Source: Escherichia phage EJP2
Length of the DNA stretch: 64,000 nucleotides
Sequence record: OQ411014.1
Strand: one strand, 5' to 3'
Shown piece after piece: positions 48,879-58,964 of the stretch. The notes beneath the pieces are model-generated. The model was not told where the DNA came from. It did no database searches and was given only the letters and a program-made list of their open reading frames with translations. Positions within the stretch are counted from its first letter, which is position 1. Each line of letters opens with the position of its first letter. A program made the position numbers and the translations under genes.

Positions 48879-51800
48879 TGATTAATCCAATAAGAATTAC
48901 AGGTGCAATATCCAAACTATCAGAATAAGTACTCAATGGGATTGGTTCATAACCATCACCGTATACTGCAATTTCATTAGTGTTACCTAAATTCAATCCA
49001 GTACTGGTATACGTTACATCCTTTTCGTAATAATTCTGAACAGTACCGTTATAAGCTCGAACAACGAAGTTGTTTTTGCGAACAAGCATTTGTTCTGCAT
49101 TAGATAGGATAATATCGTCAGGTACAACACCAGGCATTGTAGCGATACCATTTTCATAGGTCATGGTGCTTGCCATCTTCGGCTGACTTACGTGAGTGAA
49201 GCTGTCAAACATTGACTTATAAACAACAGTAACAGTACTGTTAGTGTTAATATACACACCATCAACTAGTGGTTTACTATAGATCCAAGAACCATTGTTA
49301 GCAGTAGGGTTAATTTCAGCTACATCGTATTCAAATACTGAAATTTCCAACGCGTCGGTCATTTTAGTACGAACCAATTCACTTAGTACACCTTTACCGT
49401 ACACTGGTAGGTAATATCCATTATCAACCACAGTTCCATCTTCTAGTGTTTGTGTCTCATTAGTACTGTACCATACATCATAGTCATTGGTAGTTAGTTC
49501 TGGTTCATAATTACCACCAATTAAGGAAGTGTCATAGAACACATCATAATCTAGAGCATCGACTCTGTAAGAACGGTTATTAGTATAACGAGTAATTCCA
49601 CCAGCACTAAACTCTGGGTCATTGAAAGATGTAACTCTAACAATGTTGATACTAGTTGGTTTGTTCTGGTTGTAAAGTGATTCATCAGTACTGTTATAAG
49701 TACTAGTGAAAGTTAATCCACCAATAGTTACAGTATTACCAGATACCGAAGTTACTTTAAACAACTTAGGACGATTAGCATCTTTAATTGTTGCTACACT
49801 CAATACAGTTTTCCAAGAACCATCGTTAATAGCGACTGCGTAATCTGAATTGTCTGGGACAAATACAGCTACCGTTTCGCCAACAACGAAATCATTATCA
49901 CCGTCAAGTTCAACAACACCACTTACTGAAGTTACGTTCTTAATACGATATGAATATTGAATTTCATTCTTTTCCAAAATGCTTCTATTCATGTATTCAA
50001 GAGCAACATCATAACGTGGAATACTTACAAGGGCTTCTGAGCGATTATATGGGTTTTGTACGATATAACCTTCAATATTAAAGTTACCTTGATCACGTAA
50101 TTGTGTCTGTACTGAAGTATCAAATCCATATCCATCAACTGTGAATCTTAGCTGTGCCATATCACGTTTAGATGGGTTAAGTTCTGAAATGTCTACAAAT
50201 ACAGGATCGTTAGTACTGTTAGCGACACCAACAACGGAGTTAATAATAGTTTTAGTTTGTGATTCTAGAGCTAAGTTATCGAATGCGTTTTTATCATCAA
50301 AGAATACTTCTTTATTCAAGCCTGACATGATTTGTAAGAAATCACTATATAGTGGGTTCTTATCATCTTCTGGAACGTCATCAAGTGATGGTTGGCTTAG
50401 GCGAACCATATCCCCATCAGTGATATACACTTCTTCCATATATTCTTCTATGCCAACATTCGAAGGAATGCTATAATCTTTTCCTGGAGTAGTTTCACTC
50501 ATTAGGAAAACATATTTCCTAGGCATCAACACTACTGCATAAGCATCAACATCAAGATTCTCTAATACTTTCTCTGCTGCACTATACGGGTCAGTTTCAT
50601 CAGGATTATAAGTCCCTCTAAGTGCTGATAGAACGTGTACTGCATCAGTATAGAAACGATTAGATTCTGGATTATCATCAGTTTCAGGGATTACATATTT
50701 CCATGTATATAAACCGTATTCATATTCCATGTACTCTAGAATCTCAATGTGAGAGAATCCAGGGTTTGCTTCCTTAACTTGATCATAAATCAAATCATAC
50801 ATTGGTTTGCTGTAAGAGATATAACCATAGTTTTCACCATTGCTTGCACTAAATCCAAACGGCAACCTTGTGCTTGGGTTATCACTCAGTACTAGACCTT
50901 TAAATGGACAACCTACTTCAGAACCAATAGTTTCATCAGATTTGGAAGTTGTTAGCTTCAAACGGTTTGAAAGCGTGTTGTACTGAACATAGTTGCGTAC
51001 TTCACTAACCGATTCAGATTTCTCTTCTGCTTCTGCAATTACACGATTAAGTGTAGCTGTAAATTCATCAGATGCTTCAACATCATTAATTAGTGTTGCA
51101 TACATTTGGTCTAAACCATATTTCAAACCACTACTAATATTCATGTTCGGATAGTACTGCGTAATACCGTTCATGATTAATGTTTCCAACTCAGCATTAT
51201 TAATTTCAGGGAAAGTATATGCATAACGCTGGAGCATGTAGTGGGAGCCTTTTACAAGGAAGTCACCAGTATTAGATTGGTATTTCTTGTTCACGTTTTC
51301 TAGTGTTGTTATATCTGCCATATCGGAAGATGGTTTGCACTGGAAGTTGTCAAAGTCAAGAATAACATCAATCTCTTGGAAACGGCGGTTTGGTAGTACG
51401 AAGTTATTTGGTAGTGAGCCTACGATTTCCCACTTCTGACTTACATCGTTGAATTGAGCATATTCGTAATCCCAAATATCTTTTTGTGTTTTAACCCAAG
51501 CACCATCAACATAGATATAACCGTTAGGATCTAAATCGTTTAATAGACCGTTGATTTCATCTTCATCAGATGTCTTCTGCTCTATTTGTGAACGGATTTT
51601 AGTTCTGTATGGTTTCACTTCTTCAAAGTACTGTACGATTTCATTTATTAAATTACCATCAGTAGTTGATCTTTGTTGTAGTGATTGGTCTAGACCAATA
51701 ATATAAATGTAAGAGGTTTTGAATACCCAGTCCACGACTTTCTGCTCAGTGTGTACGTACTTAACCATGTCAAATACTACAGTACTTTGTACAGAGTTGA

Positions 51801-54800
51801 ATGAACCTTTGAGTAGTGCTAATGCTGCACGAACGTTTTTCTCATTATTCGTTAATGCACCATCGCTGTTGTATTGTGAGTAGTTGTTATAAAGAACATT
51901 GTTCAATTGTACAGTGCTCTTCTCACGACCAACTGCTACCCATTGAACTTGACCACGTGATTCAGTTTTTTCATATAATGTCCAGACACCATCGGCATCG
52001 GTAATACGAATCAAATCACCAATCTGGTAGTTTTTAGTGTTAGCAATTTGAATGCTTGTTTCTTCGGTATATTCTGATTCTTCATCAAAACCAACACTAT
52101 ACCAATCAGCATAATCCCAGTAGGTTGTCATATCTAATGAAGTACCAAGCTGATCAATATAGTCAGTTTGCTTAATCATAGTATGTTGACCTTCACCACG
52201 ACTCTCTAGAGTGATAGTTACCGCAGTACCAGAAGTACTTGGGCTATTCATCAAGTGAATGTAACCGTTGTCGTCGTAATGCACAAAGTACACACTAGTA
52301 CGGTTTAGTGGTGCTGGTAATGTACCATTAGTATTAACCAGTACTGCGTCATTCTCTACAAATTTGTTTTCATTTGTGGTGATAACCAATTCGTTGTTAT
52401 AAGTTAGTACTTTAAATCCAACTTCGTTCGGGTTCACAGCGTCAGTCTTCTTAAAGAAGATATCATCCATTACTACAGTGTCAGTTGTCATGTTAATATG
52501 CTTGTACACATTGTTTGCTGAATCAACAAACGTCCTACGAGCTTCTATAACGTCCATAAACCATGTTTTGTTTGCACCTAGACCCAAGTCAGTACTTGGA
52601 TAAGATAACTCAACCACGTTGCCGTTTAGGAGGGTTTCTTGAGACTCCAAAGAGTTCCATAGAGAATTCCAAATAGCTGGGTTGAAGTTGTATTCTTCAC
52701 CTTCTTTACAAAGTTGATACTGTTCATGTTTAATAACATCATCATTATTTTCTTTGTAAGAAACAGTCAATATACTCTTATCATCGTTAATGTCGTGCTG
52801 CATATTAGATAGAATAAAAGAATTCTCATCTACTGGGGAGAACCAAGGAACTCCGAGTACTGAAGGATCAGCAATAATGCGAGCAATCTCATTACAAGAT
52901 TTGGTACGATGCTTAACATGTGGAGTATAGATTGTATCTTTAACCCAGAAGTAATACATTGGCACATAAGTGTTAGTACTAGCATCATATTCAACAAAAT
53001 AAGAATAGTTTTCAGTAACTGCTGTACCGGATGGTAGGTAAGTGGTCTGGCCTTTATTTTGTTTTTGTTGTTCAGTGCAATACTGATCCCAGTTATATGG
53101 TTCTACTGGCGATTTAACCCATTCGTACACATCAATACTACCATGTGGAAGGATTTTACCCCAATTATAACGCTTATATTCTAGAGTCTTATTTACATCG
53201 ACGTTCCCATTAGCATCAAGGATTGGACGAGTATAATCCATGAAGAATGCAGAAGAAGTATCCCACCAAACTTCACCAACTTTATCAGAACCCCAAGCTA
53301 GTAATGTTTCACCATCACTATTGTAGGTTGCTGGGTCACGAGTAGAGGTATATGAAACGTTTGACATTGCCACACCAGGGATAATACCATTGATTGGGTC
53401 ATATGTGTTAATATACATCTCAACAACGTTAGTCATGGAGTTGTAGGTACTTGGGCGGTCGAACAACGAACTGTTAGGTGCTAAGTACTCATATTTTTTC
53501 TGAACGTATGCATCTTTCGCTGCTTTAGTACTGAAACGTGGAACGTATTTGTACATTACAGGTTCTGCACCACTGAAATCAAAATCTACAGTACTGTCGA
53601 ATGCAACAACTATAGTATTTGCAGTAACACCATAGAATTGTGTTTCTTCACGTAGGAAATCAGGCATATAACCGGACTCATCAACGAAGAAGTAAGTATC
53701 ACCATTACTTAGTGTAGATGAAGAACTTAATTCTAGTGTTACTTTCTGTGCTGCGTATTGGTCATCAGTAATAATTGGAGTAATTTTCTTCAAAGTGATA
53801 TTGGTTTTAACAATATCATAGATATTCCAGTTATCATTAGAATCCTGAAGAACCCATACAGACGATGGTAGTGTATTGTAATCGGAAGTATACTTAGAAC
53901 GGTCTTCATAAGCAGTTTGTAGGTCTAGAGTAGTGAATGACACTTCATCTAGAGTTACAGGGCCGATATTTGGCAACTGAATGTTGTCAGATGCACCTTT
54001 ACGCATTGGGAAAGAGAACAAACCATGTGGACGAGTAATCCAACGTGGGTCTACACCTGTTTTACCAAAATAAACGATGTTATTTGCAGTACTGTCCACA
54101 GTTGCATTCTGGTCGAATGTAACCAATTGTGGTTGTTGAGCAAATTCGTTGTTAATTAGTTGGAACTGTAGGTTCTTTTTGCCATATACGTTGCCATATT
54201 CACCGATTTTGAAAGCCCACTCTTGTAGTGCTTTGTAACCTTCGGTATTATAGGTTTTTGATACACGTAGAACACGTTCGAGTACTTGATTAGTACCTTT
54301 GTCACGGATGAAGCCTTTATAGAAATCAACGCGGGCTGGTTCTGATGTGATCATTTCGTTTAAGTAACTTCTGGACTGGTATCCAATTAAATGATTCGCT
54401 AGGGAACGCAATTGAACATCAGATACTGGATTTTCAGTGTCATAATAGTGTCTAAAGTCATCTACTAGTTTTTCAAAGTCAGGTAGTGTGCCAGTTTCGA
54501 GGATAATAAAGCCAGGTGCTTCCAAACGACCATTCCATGAGCCAGTTACATAACCGTACATACGAATCAATTCTTGAATTGAACCATAAGTTGGAATATA
54601 GATGTTATCACCAAAAATAGTTTTATCATCAAACACGATAGCATGTTCATAAGCGATTAAGCTCAAACGAATAAGAGCAATACGCTTGTTGTATTCTTCT
54701 AAACTACGAACAGTGATGATGTTACCGATACGTGCAGTTTCAATTTCATACGGACGAATACCTGTATTATTATCATCTAGTAGAGTCCATAGACCACCAC

Positions 54801-57800
54801 TATATTGTGCAACTGATTCAACAGAACCAAAAGACGCACCGAATTTAACACTTTTAGTACTTGGAGAACAAGAAATATATTCACCACGAGCTAGAGCAGT
54901 CTGACTCCAGTTCAAATAATCCTTCGCAATTTGATTCCAGTTTAGAGTGTTGCCGTTCTCGTCAGTTTCTTCGAAAATAAACCCAACACGTTCCAAATAT
55001 TCACCATAAGCACACAAGAAAGTGTAAACTTCTTGGAAAGAATTCAGTACTGTACCGTATTCAATACTTTGAACTTTATCAGTGTACTCATTGTAATGAA
55101 CTACTGTACGATTACCTTCACGAATAGTAACACGCTTACCATTACGGTTAGGAGTTAAGTATTTGAAGGATGCACCAACTAGATCATAACCAGTAATCTG
55201 ATATCCAGTGCCGTTCCATGTGATATCAACAGCACTCATTGATTCTTCACGGATGGAAGAGCTACGAACTAGACCGATATGTTGGTTTTCTTGAGAAATT
55301 AGACCGAATGTATCAGAATAAAAACTCAATTGGTCTTCTTTACTGAATCCACCAAGTTTATGACCCACATTAATATGTGAACTACGTAAAACGTCACCGT
55401 ACTTAGTAGTAATATCCATTTGTTTGTACTGTAGGTGATCAGTTATGAACATTTGGTATCCTAGGATACGGCTATTGTTCTCATTGTTCACTAGTGTAGT
55501 ACTGTTTAGGTTCAAACGTTGGTTGGTTTCACCAAATAGGAACTGTTCTTTACCACGATAAACTGTTTTAAGAGTACTACCACGAGTATCATAGAAATAG
55601 TTTGCAAACTGTGCTGGTTTAGCACGATATAGTAGTAGAGCTTCATCATATGGGAACATTGCAGTGTTGCGGTAAGTGAATTCAATATCACCCATGTCAC
55701 CATAAGACCACGGTTCTGCACGATGATCAAGGGAACCAGCCACTAAACCTAGAACTTCTGGAGCAATCAGTTCAAATGTGCGAATTTCTTCACCATCTGC
55801 TGTGAAATTACCAGTACCTTTAATAACGAATGGCTGTTTACCAAAACGTTTGTATTTTGCATAAGTTCCTTTGTTCTTACCATATAGAATTGTACCAGTA
55901 CTAGCGTCACCTTTAATACTACCAACATCCCATAGACCACTTGGTACTAATTGGTTGTTTTCATCAATAACTTCAGCTTCATACACGTATACAACTTCAG
56001 TTGGGTCTTCACCAATACGAATTTTGGTTGGTTCATATTCTTGGTTCCACCAAGATGGGCGTTGAGCAAAACCTAACATTTCCCACGGGTGGGTTGCTGG
56101 GCGATATGTACCGAACATGTCACTATAAATTGCTCTCCATGAGCCACGTGCTGGAATATCGGTAACAACGCCATCAACAACATAAGTTGTTCCTTTGTAG
56201 TTCCAAGTTAACCAGTTATTTGCATCATAATCATGTGTACTGTTATCAATACCGTTAGTTGCGATGAAGTTAGTGTAACCACGTAGTAGAAGTGTTTGCT
56301 TCTCGTCACGAGTATAGTCAGTTTCAGTAAAATAAGGAGTCGGGAATAGATCACTCTGAACAAGTTCAGGTACATAATCAATATCTTTGAAATCATTATC
56401 AATACTGTTGAAAATACGGTTTTCTAGTTCGTAAATCACATCATCCATACGACCTACACCATTCAGTACTTTATACGCCTTGGTAATTGTACCAGTATGG
56501 CTTACGTTATAACAACCTAGGTCACGACCAGCATACATATAAGTCGCTTTCTGTGGAGCGTACGCTTTTAGAATACCAATAAACTGTGGAGTCGGTGGAA
56601 TGAAGGCACGAATGTTAGAACTGGAACTACCCATCGCATCAATGAAGAATGGGAAAGTATTATTCTTACCAACGTTAATATTATTAAGAATTGCGTCAAC
56701 AATATTAGATGCACTGTTGGAAGTGAATGCAGATGGATCTTCATTGTACATATTAACCATTTGAGTATTGAATTTGTTCATGAAACGGAAGTATTCAGAT
56801 TGCATAAATTCAATTGCAGCAAATAGGTCAATATTTTCATTCGCTGTGTTAATCATTAGTGGAAGCATAGATGCTTCGTTCTGGATAATCTTAGTACCGA
56901 CAGAGTTATCAACTAGACCTTTAGCAAGACGTTCTTCGTAGTCGTTAAAATCATTTACTGTACCAGTAGTGATGTTACGTTGAATAATTTCTTGGAAATG
57001 TGGTGTATATAGACTTTGATCAATATAAGTGATAAAATCATTATACGGGTTGTTCTGTAGGTTGATTGGAATTTCATAAGAACCCAAGTTAGTATCTGGT
57101 GTTTGTACAGGACTGTAAGTTCTGATTTCAACAATGCTATCATCGGTTAGTTTGATAGAACTATCTAGAGTTATAGATTCAACAAGACCATTTTTATCCA
57201 ATTTAGTACTGAACTTTGTGGTTTCTTCTGTACCAACACGCACATAAAGTACATCTGTGCTTGATGATAGGTTGACACGTTGAGCTAGTTCAAATGTGTG
57301 GTTAAAAAGTTCAGATGGAACGTAGTCATTACCAGCTTCACGATGCCAGTCCATAAAAGTACTGTTATCTGCTTTGTAATATTTGAATGTTGCATCAATA
57401 TCCATTACATAAGCGTACATATTTTCAATTGGATTTTGGAAATTATTCATCTCTTGTACAGTACTGAATACATTGTACATAGAGGTTTTGGTCATAGCAG
57501 GAACTTGACGAACATACTGTTTGGTAAATTCATCGCTACGATCCCAGTCTGATTTTAGATTTACTGAACCGTCAGAACCAATTACGTTATAGTAATACAA
57601 ACCAGAAATTTCAGTAGTTGCTCCAACTTTATCATAATCATAACGAGTACTCTGAATGAAGTTCTCGAAAACATAATAGTTGTAAGAGTTCAATTCAACG
57701 TTAGTGTTATAGATTTTATTGTAGTTGTAGTCAAAGTTAACTTTAAGGCCAAATAGTGGGGAACCTTTAAAAGAACTACTTGGGTAAATTTGAGGATCGT

Positions 57801-58887
57801 TTAGTTTAGTCCCGTTGCGATCATACAATTGGAACAATGGGGTACTGTTAATACCTGATTTAACTTGTGTACGAATCCATGCTGAACCATTCCAGTACAT
57901 AGAAGTGTTTTCATAAACTTGACCAGATTTAATTAGAACAACGTCACCACGCAAAGGTTCACCCGTTGGGCGTAGCTCAGATTCTTCATCTTCATCAAGA
58001 GCAAGACCATATACACGAGTGCCAGCTTCGGTTTGTTTAATGTAAACTTTATAGATTCTGTTATTTTCACCGCTGTTACCGATACTAGTGAATAGAATAC
58101 GGTCACCAGCTTTAAGAATAAAACCATCAACACGAATTTCATCAGAAACTGATTTCTGTACAATATCTTCTGGTTTGATGGAGTCTGATAGGTACGTGAC
58201 TACACCACGGAAAGTAGTTCCGTAATTCATTAGTTCGATGTTTTTGTTATATTCAATGATTGGTGCTTGAGCATGAGTGAAGCGTTCATCTTGAGTCATG
58301 TCATCAGTTAGTACTGTGCCGTCTGGTAATTCTTGACCTACAGTAAACCAATAGTTTTGTAGTGACCATGTGTTACCGTTATCAGCACCACGTTCCATAA
58401 CGATATAATCCGGTGCAATACCAAATTCGTTATTATTGTCCCAAACATAAGAACTGTAGTTCATCATTTTATTTGGGTTGATTGGTGGAGTCCATGAATA
58501 AAACTTACCATCAAATAGGCGTGACTGGTTATCAGTTAAGGAACCATAATGGGACATATATCCTACTAGGTCTTCATAGAACTGCATAGAGCGAACGCTT
58601 GTGTCGGTATTACGAGACACATAAACTGGTGATAGTTGGTAGTCTTGGCGTTGTTGAGAACTTTCTTTGATGAAAATCTTTCCAGCCGCTGACGGAGTAC
58701 CACGGTCACCTATATACCCGTCAACAATTTCTTGTTCGGCAGGGTTGAACCATTGCTGGATTACATCATCACAAAAAGTTTGGATCTGTTCTAGACCTTG
58801 CATCCACTCAGGCAATCTTTTAATGAATAGCTTTTTTTGTACAGCATCTGCCGCTAGGGTTGGCTGGAACTTAAATTCATTCGACAT
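48874..58887 (-). CDS. giant virion protein (about 3337 aa), probable baseplate/fiber network component
   Basis: Single uninterrupted ORF. ATG at 58887 with GGAGAA RBS. TATAAATA late-type box upstream. Adjacent to baseplate genes. Confidence 0.65.
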   Translation of the reverse strand: MSNEFKFQPTLAADAVQKKLFIKRLPEWMQGLEQIQTFCDDVIQQWFNPAEQEIVDGYIGDRGTPSAAGKIFIKESSQQRQDYQLSPVYVSRNTDTSVRSMQFYEDLVGYMSHYGSLTDNQSRLFDGKFYSWTPPINPNKMMNYSSYVWDNNNEFGIAPDYIVMERGADNGNTWSLQNYWFTVGQELPDGTVLTDDMTQDERFTHAQAPIIEYNKNIELMNYGTTFRGVVTYLSDSIKPEDIVQKSVSDEIRVDGFILKAGDRILFTSIGNSGENNRIYKVYIKQTEAGTRVYGLALDEDEESELRPTGEPLRGDVVLIKSGQVYENTSMYWNGSAWIRTQVKSGINSTPLFQLYDRNGTKLNDPQIYPSSSFKGSPLFGLKVNFDYNYNKIYNTNVELNSYNYYVFENFIQSTRYDYDKVGATTEISGLYYYNVIGSDGSVNLKSDWDRSDEFTKQYVRQVPAMTKTSMYNVFSTVQEMNNFQNPIENMYAYVMDIDATFKYYKADNSTFMDWHREAGNDYVPSELFNHTFELAQRVNLSSSTDVLYVRVGTEETTKFSTKLDKNGLVESITLDSSIKLTDDSIVEIRTYSPVQTPDTNLGSYEIPINLQNNPYNDFITYIDQSLYTPHFQEIIQRNITTGTVNDFNDYEERLAKGLVDNSVGTKIIQNEASMLPLMINTANENIDLFAAIEFMQSEYFRFMNKFNTQMVNMYNEDPSAFTSNSASNIVDAILNNINVGKNNTFPFFIDAMGSSSSNIRAFIPPTPQFIGILKAYAPQKATYMYAGRDLGCYNVSHTGTITKAYKVLNGVGRMDDVIYELENRIFNSIDNDFKDIDYVPELVQSDLFPTPYFTETDYTRDEKQTLLLRGYTNFIATNGIDNSTHDYDANNWLTWNYKGTTYVVDGVVTDIPARGSWRAIYSDMFGTYRPATHPWEMLGFAQRPSWWNQEYEPTKIRIGEDPTEVVYVYEAEVIDENNQLVPSGLWDVGSIKGDASTGTILYGKNKGTYAKYKRFGKQPFVIKGTGNFTADGEEIRTFELIAPEVLGLVAGSLDHRAEPWSYGDMGDIEFTYRNTAMFPYDEALLLYRAKPAQFANYFYDTRGSTLKTVYRGKEQFLFGETNQRLNLNSTTLVNNENNSRILGYQMFITDHLQYKQMDITTKYGDVLRSSHINVGHKLGGFSKEDQLSFYSDTFGLISQENQHIGLVRSSSIREESMSAVDITWNGTGYQITGYDLVGASFKYLTPNRNGKRVTIREGNRTVVHYNEYTDKVQSIEYGTVLNSFQEVYTFLCAYGEYLERVGFIFEETDENGNTLNWNQIAKDYLNWSQTALARGEYISCSPSTKSVKFGASFGSVESVAQYSGGLWTLLDDNNTGIRPYEIETARIGNIITVRSLEEYNKRIALIRLSLIAYEHAIVFDDKTIFGDNIYIPTYGSIQELIRMYGYVTGSWNGRLEAPGFIILETGTLPDFEKLVDDFRHYYDTENPVSDVQLRSLANHLIGYQSRSYLNEMITSEPARVDFYKGFIRDKGTNQVLERVLRVSKTYNTEGYKALQEWAFKIGEYGNVYGKKNLQFQLINNEFAQQPQLVTFDQNATVDSTANNIVYFGKTGVDPRWITRPHGLFSFPMRKGASDNIQLPNIGPVTLDEVSFTTLDLQTAYEDRSKYTSDYNTLPSSVWVLQDSNDNWNIYDIVKTNITLKKITPIITDDQYAAQKVTLELSSSSTLSNGDTYFFVDESGYMPDFLREETQFYGVTANTIVVAFDSTVDFDFSGAEPVMYKYVPRFSTKAAKDAYVQKKYEYLAPNSSLFDRPSTYNSMTNVVEMYINTYDPINGIIPGVAMSNVSYTSTRDPATYNSDGETLLAWGSDKVGEVWWDTSSAFFMDYTRPILDANGNVDVNKTLEYKRYNWGKILPHGSIDVYEWVKSPVEPYNWDQYCTEQQKQNKGQTTYLPSGTAVTENYSYFVEYDASTNTYVPMYYFWVKDTIYTPHVKHRTKSCNEIARIIADPSVLGVPWFSPVDENSFILSNMQHDINDDKSILTVSYKENNDDVIKHEQYQLCKEGEEYNFNPAIWNSLWNSLESQETLLNGNVVELSYPSTDLGLGANKTWFMDVIEARRTFVDSANNVYKHINMTTDTVVMDDIFFKKTDAVNPNEVGFKVLTYNNELVITTNENKFVENDAVLVNTNGTLPAPLNRTSVYFVHYDDNGYIHLMNSPSTSGTAVTITLESRGEGQHTMIKQTDYIDQLGTSLDMTTYWDYADWYSVGFDEESEYTEETSIQIANTKNYQIGDLIRITDADGVWTLYEKTESRGQVQWVAVGREKSTVQLNNVLYNNYSQYNSDGALTNNEKNVRAALALLKGSFNSVQSTVVFDMVKYVHTEQKVVDWVFKTSYIYIIGLDQSLQQRSTTDGNLINEIVQYFEEVKPYRTKIRSQIEQKTSDEDEINGLLNDLDPNGYIYVDGAWVKTQKDIWDYEYAQFNDVSQKWEIVGSLPNNFVLPNRRFQEIDVILDFDNFQCKPSSDMADITTLENVNKKYQSNTGDFLVKGSHYMLQRYAYTFPEINNAELETLIMNGITQYYPNMNISSGLKYGLDQMYATLINDVEASDEFTATLNRVIAEAEEKSESVSEVRNYVQYNTLSNRLKLTTSKSDETIGSEVGCPFKGLVLSDNPSTRLPFGFSASNGENYGYISYSKPMYDLIYDQVKEANPGFSHIEILEYMEYEYGLYTWKYVIPETDDNPESNRFYTDAVHVLSALRGTYNPDETDPYSAAEKVLENLDVDAYAVVLMPRKYVFLMSETTPGKDYSIPSNVGIEEYMEEVYITDGDMVRLSQPSLDDVPEDDKNPLYSDFLQIMSGLNKEVFFDDKNAFDNLALESQTKTIINSVVGVANSTNDPVFVDISELNPSKRDMAQLRFTVDGYGFDTSVQTQLRDQGNFNIEGYIVQNPYNRSEALVSIPRYDVALEYMNRSILEKNEIQYSYRIKNVTSVSGVVELDGDNDFVVGETVAVFVPDNSDYAVAINDGSWKTVLSVATIKDANRPKLFKVTSVSGNTVTIGGLTFTSTYNSTDESLYNQNKPTSINIVRVTSFNDPEFSAGGITRYTNNRSYRVDALDYDVFYDTSLIGGNYEPELTTNDYDVWYSTNETQTLEDGTVVDNGYYLPVYGKGVLSELVRTKMTDALEISVFEYDVAEINPTANNGSWIYSKPLVDGVYINTNSTVTVVYKSMFDSFTHVSQPKMASTMTYENGIATMPGVVPDDIILSNAEQMLVRKNNFVVRAYNGTVQNYYEKDVTYTSTGLNLGNTNEIAVYGDGYEPIPLSTYSDSLDIAPVILIGLIK

Positions 58888-58922
58888 TTTATTCTCCATA
58901 AAATTCATTTCTTCATTTGTTT

Positions 58923-58930
58923 TATTTATA
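58923..58930 (-). promoter_or_regulatory. T4-type late promoter box TATAAATA
   Basis: Exact TATAAATA on the minus strand about 36 nt upstream of the giant gene ATG (58887). Confidence 0.4.
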
Positions 58931-58937
58931 AAAGAAA

Positions 58938-58961
58938 TAAAGGCGACCGAAGTCGCCTTTA
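58938..58961 (-). terminator. terminator hairpin with UUCG tetraloop
   Basis: Minus-strand reading AAGGCGAC-TTCG-GTCGCCTT followed by a T-rich run. Confidence 0.5.
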
Positions 58962-58964
58962 ATG

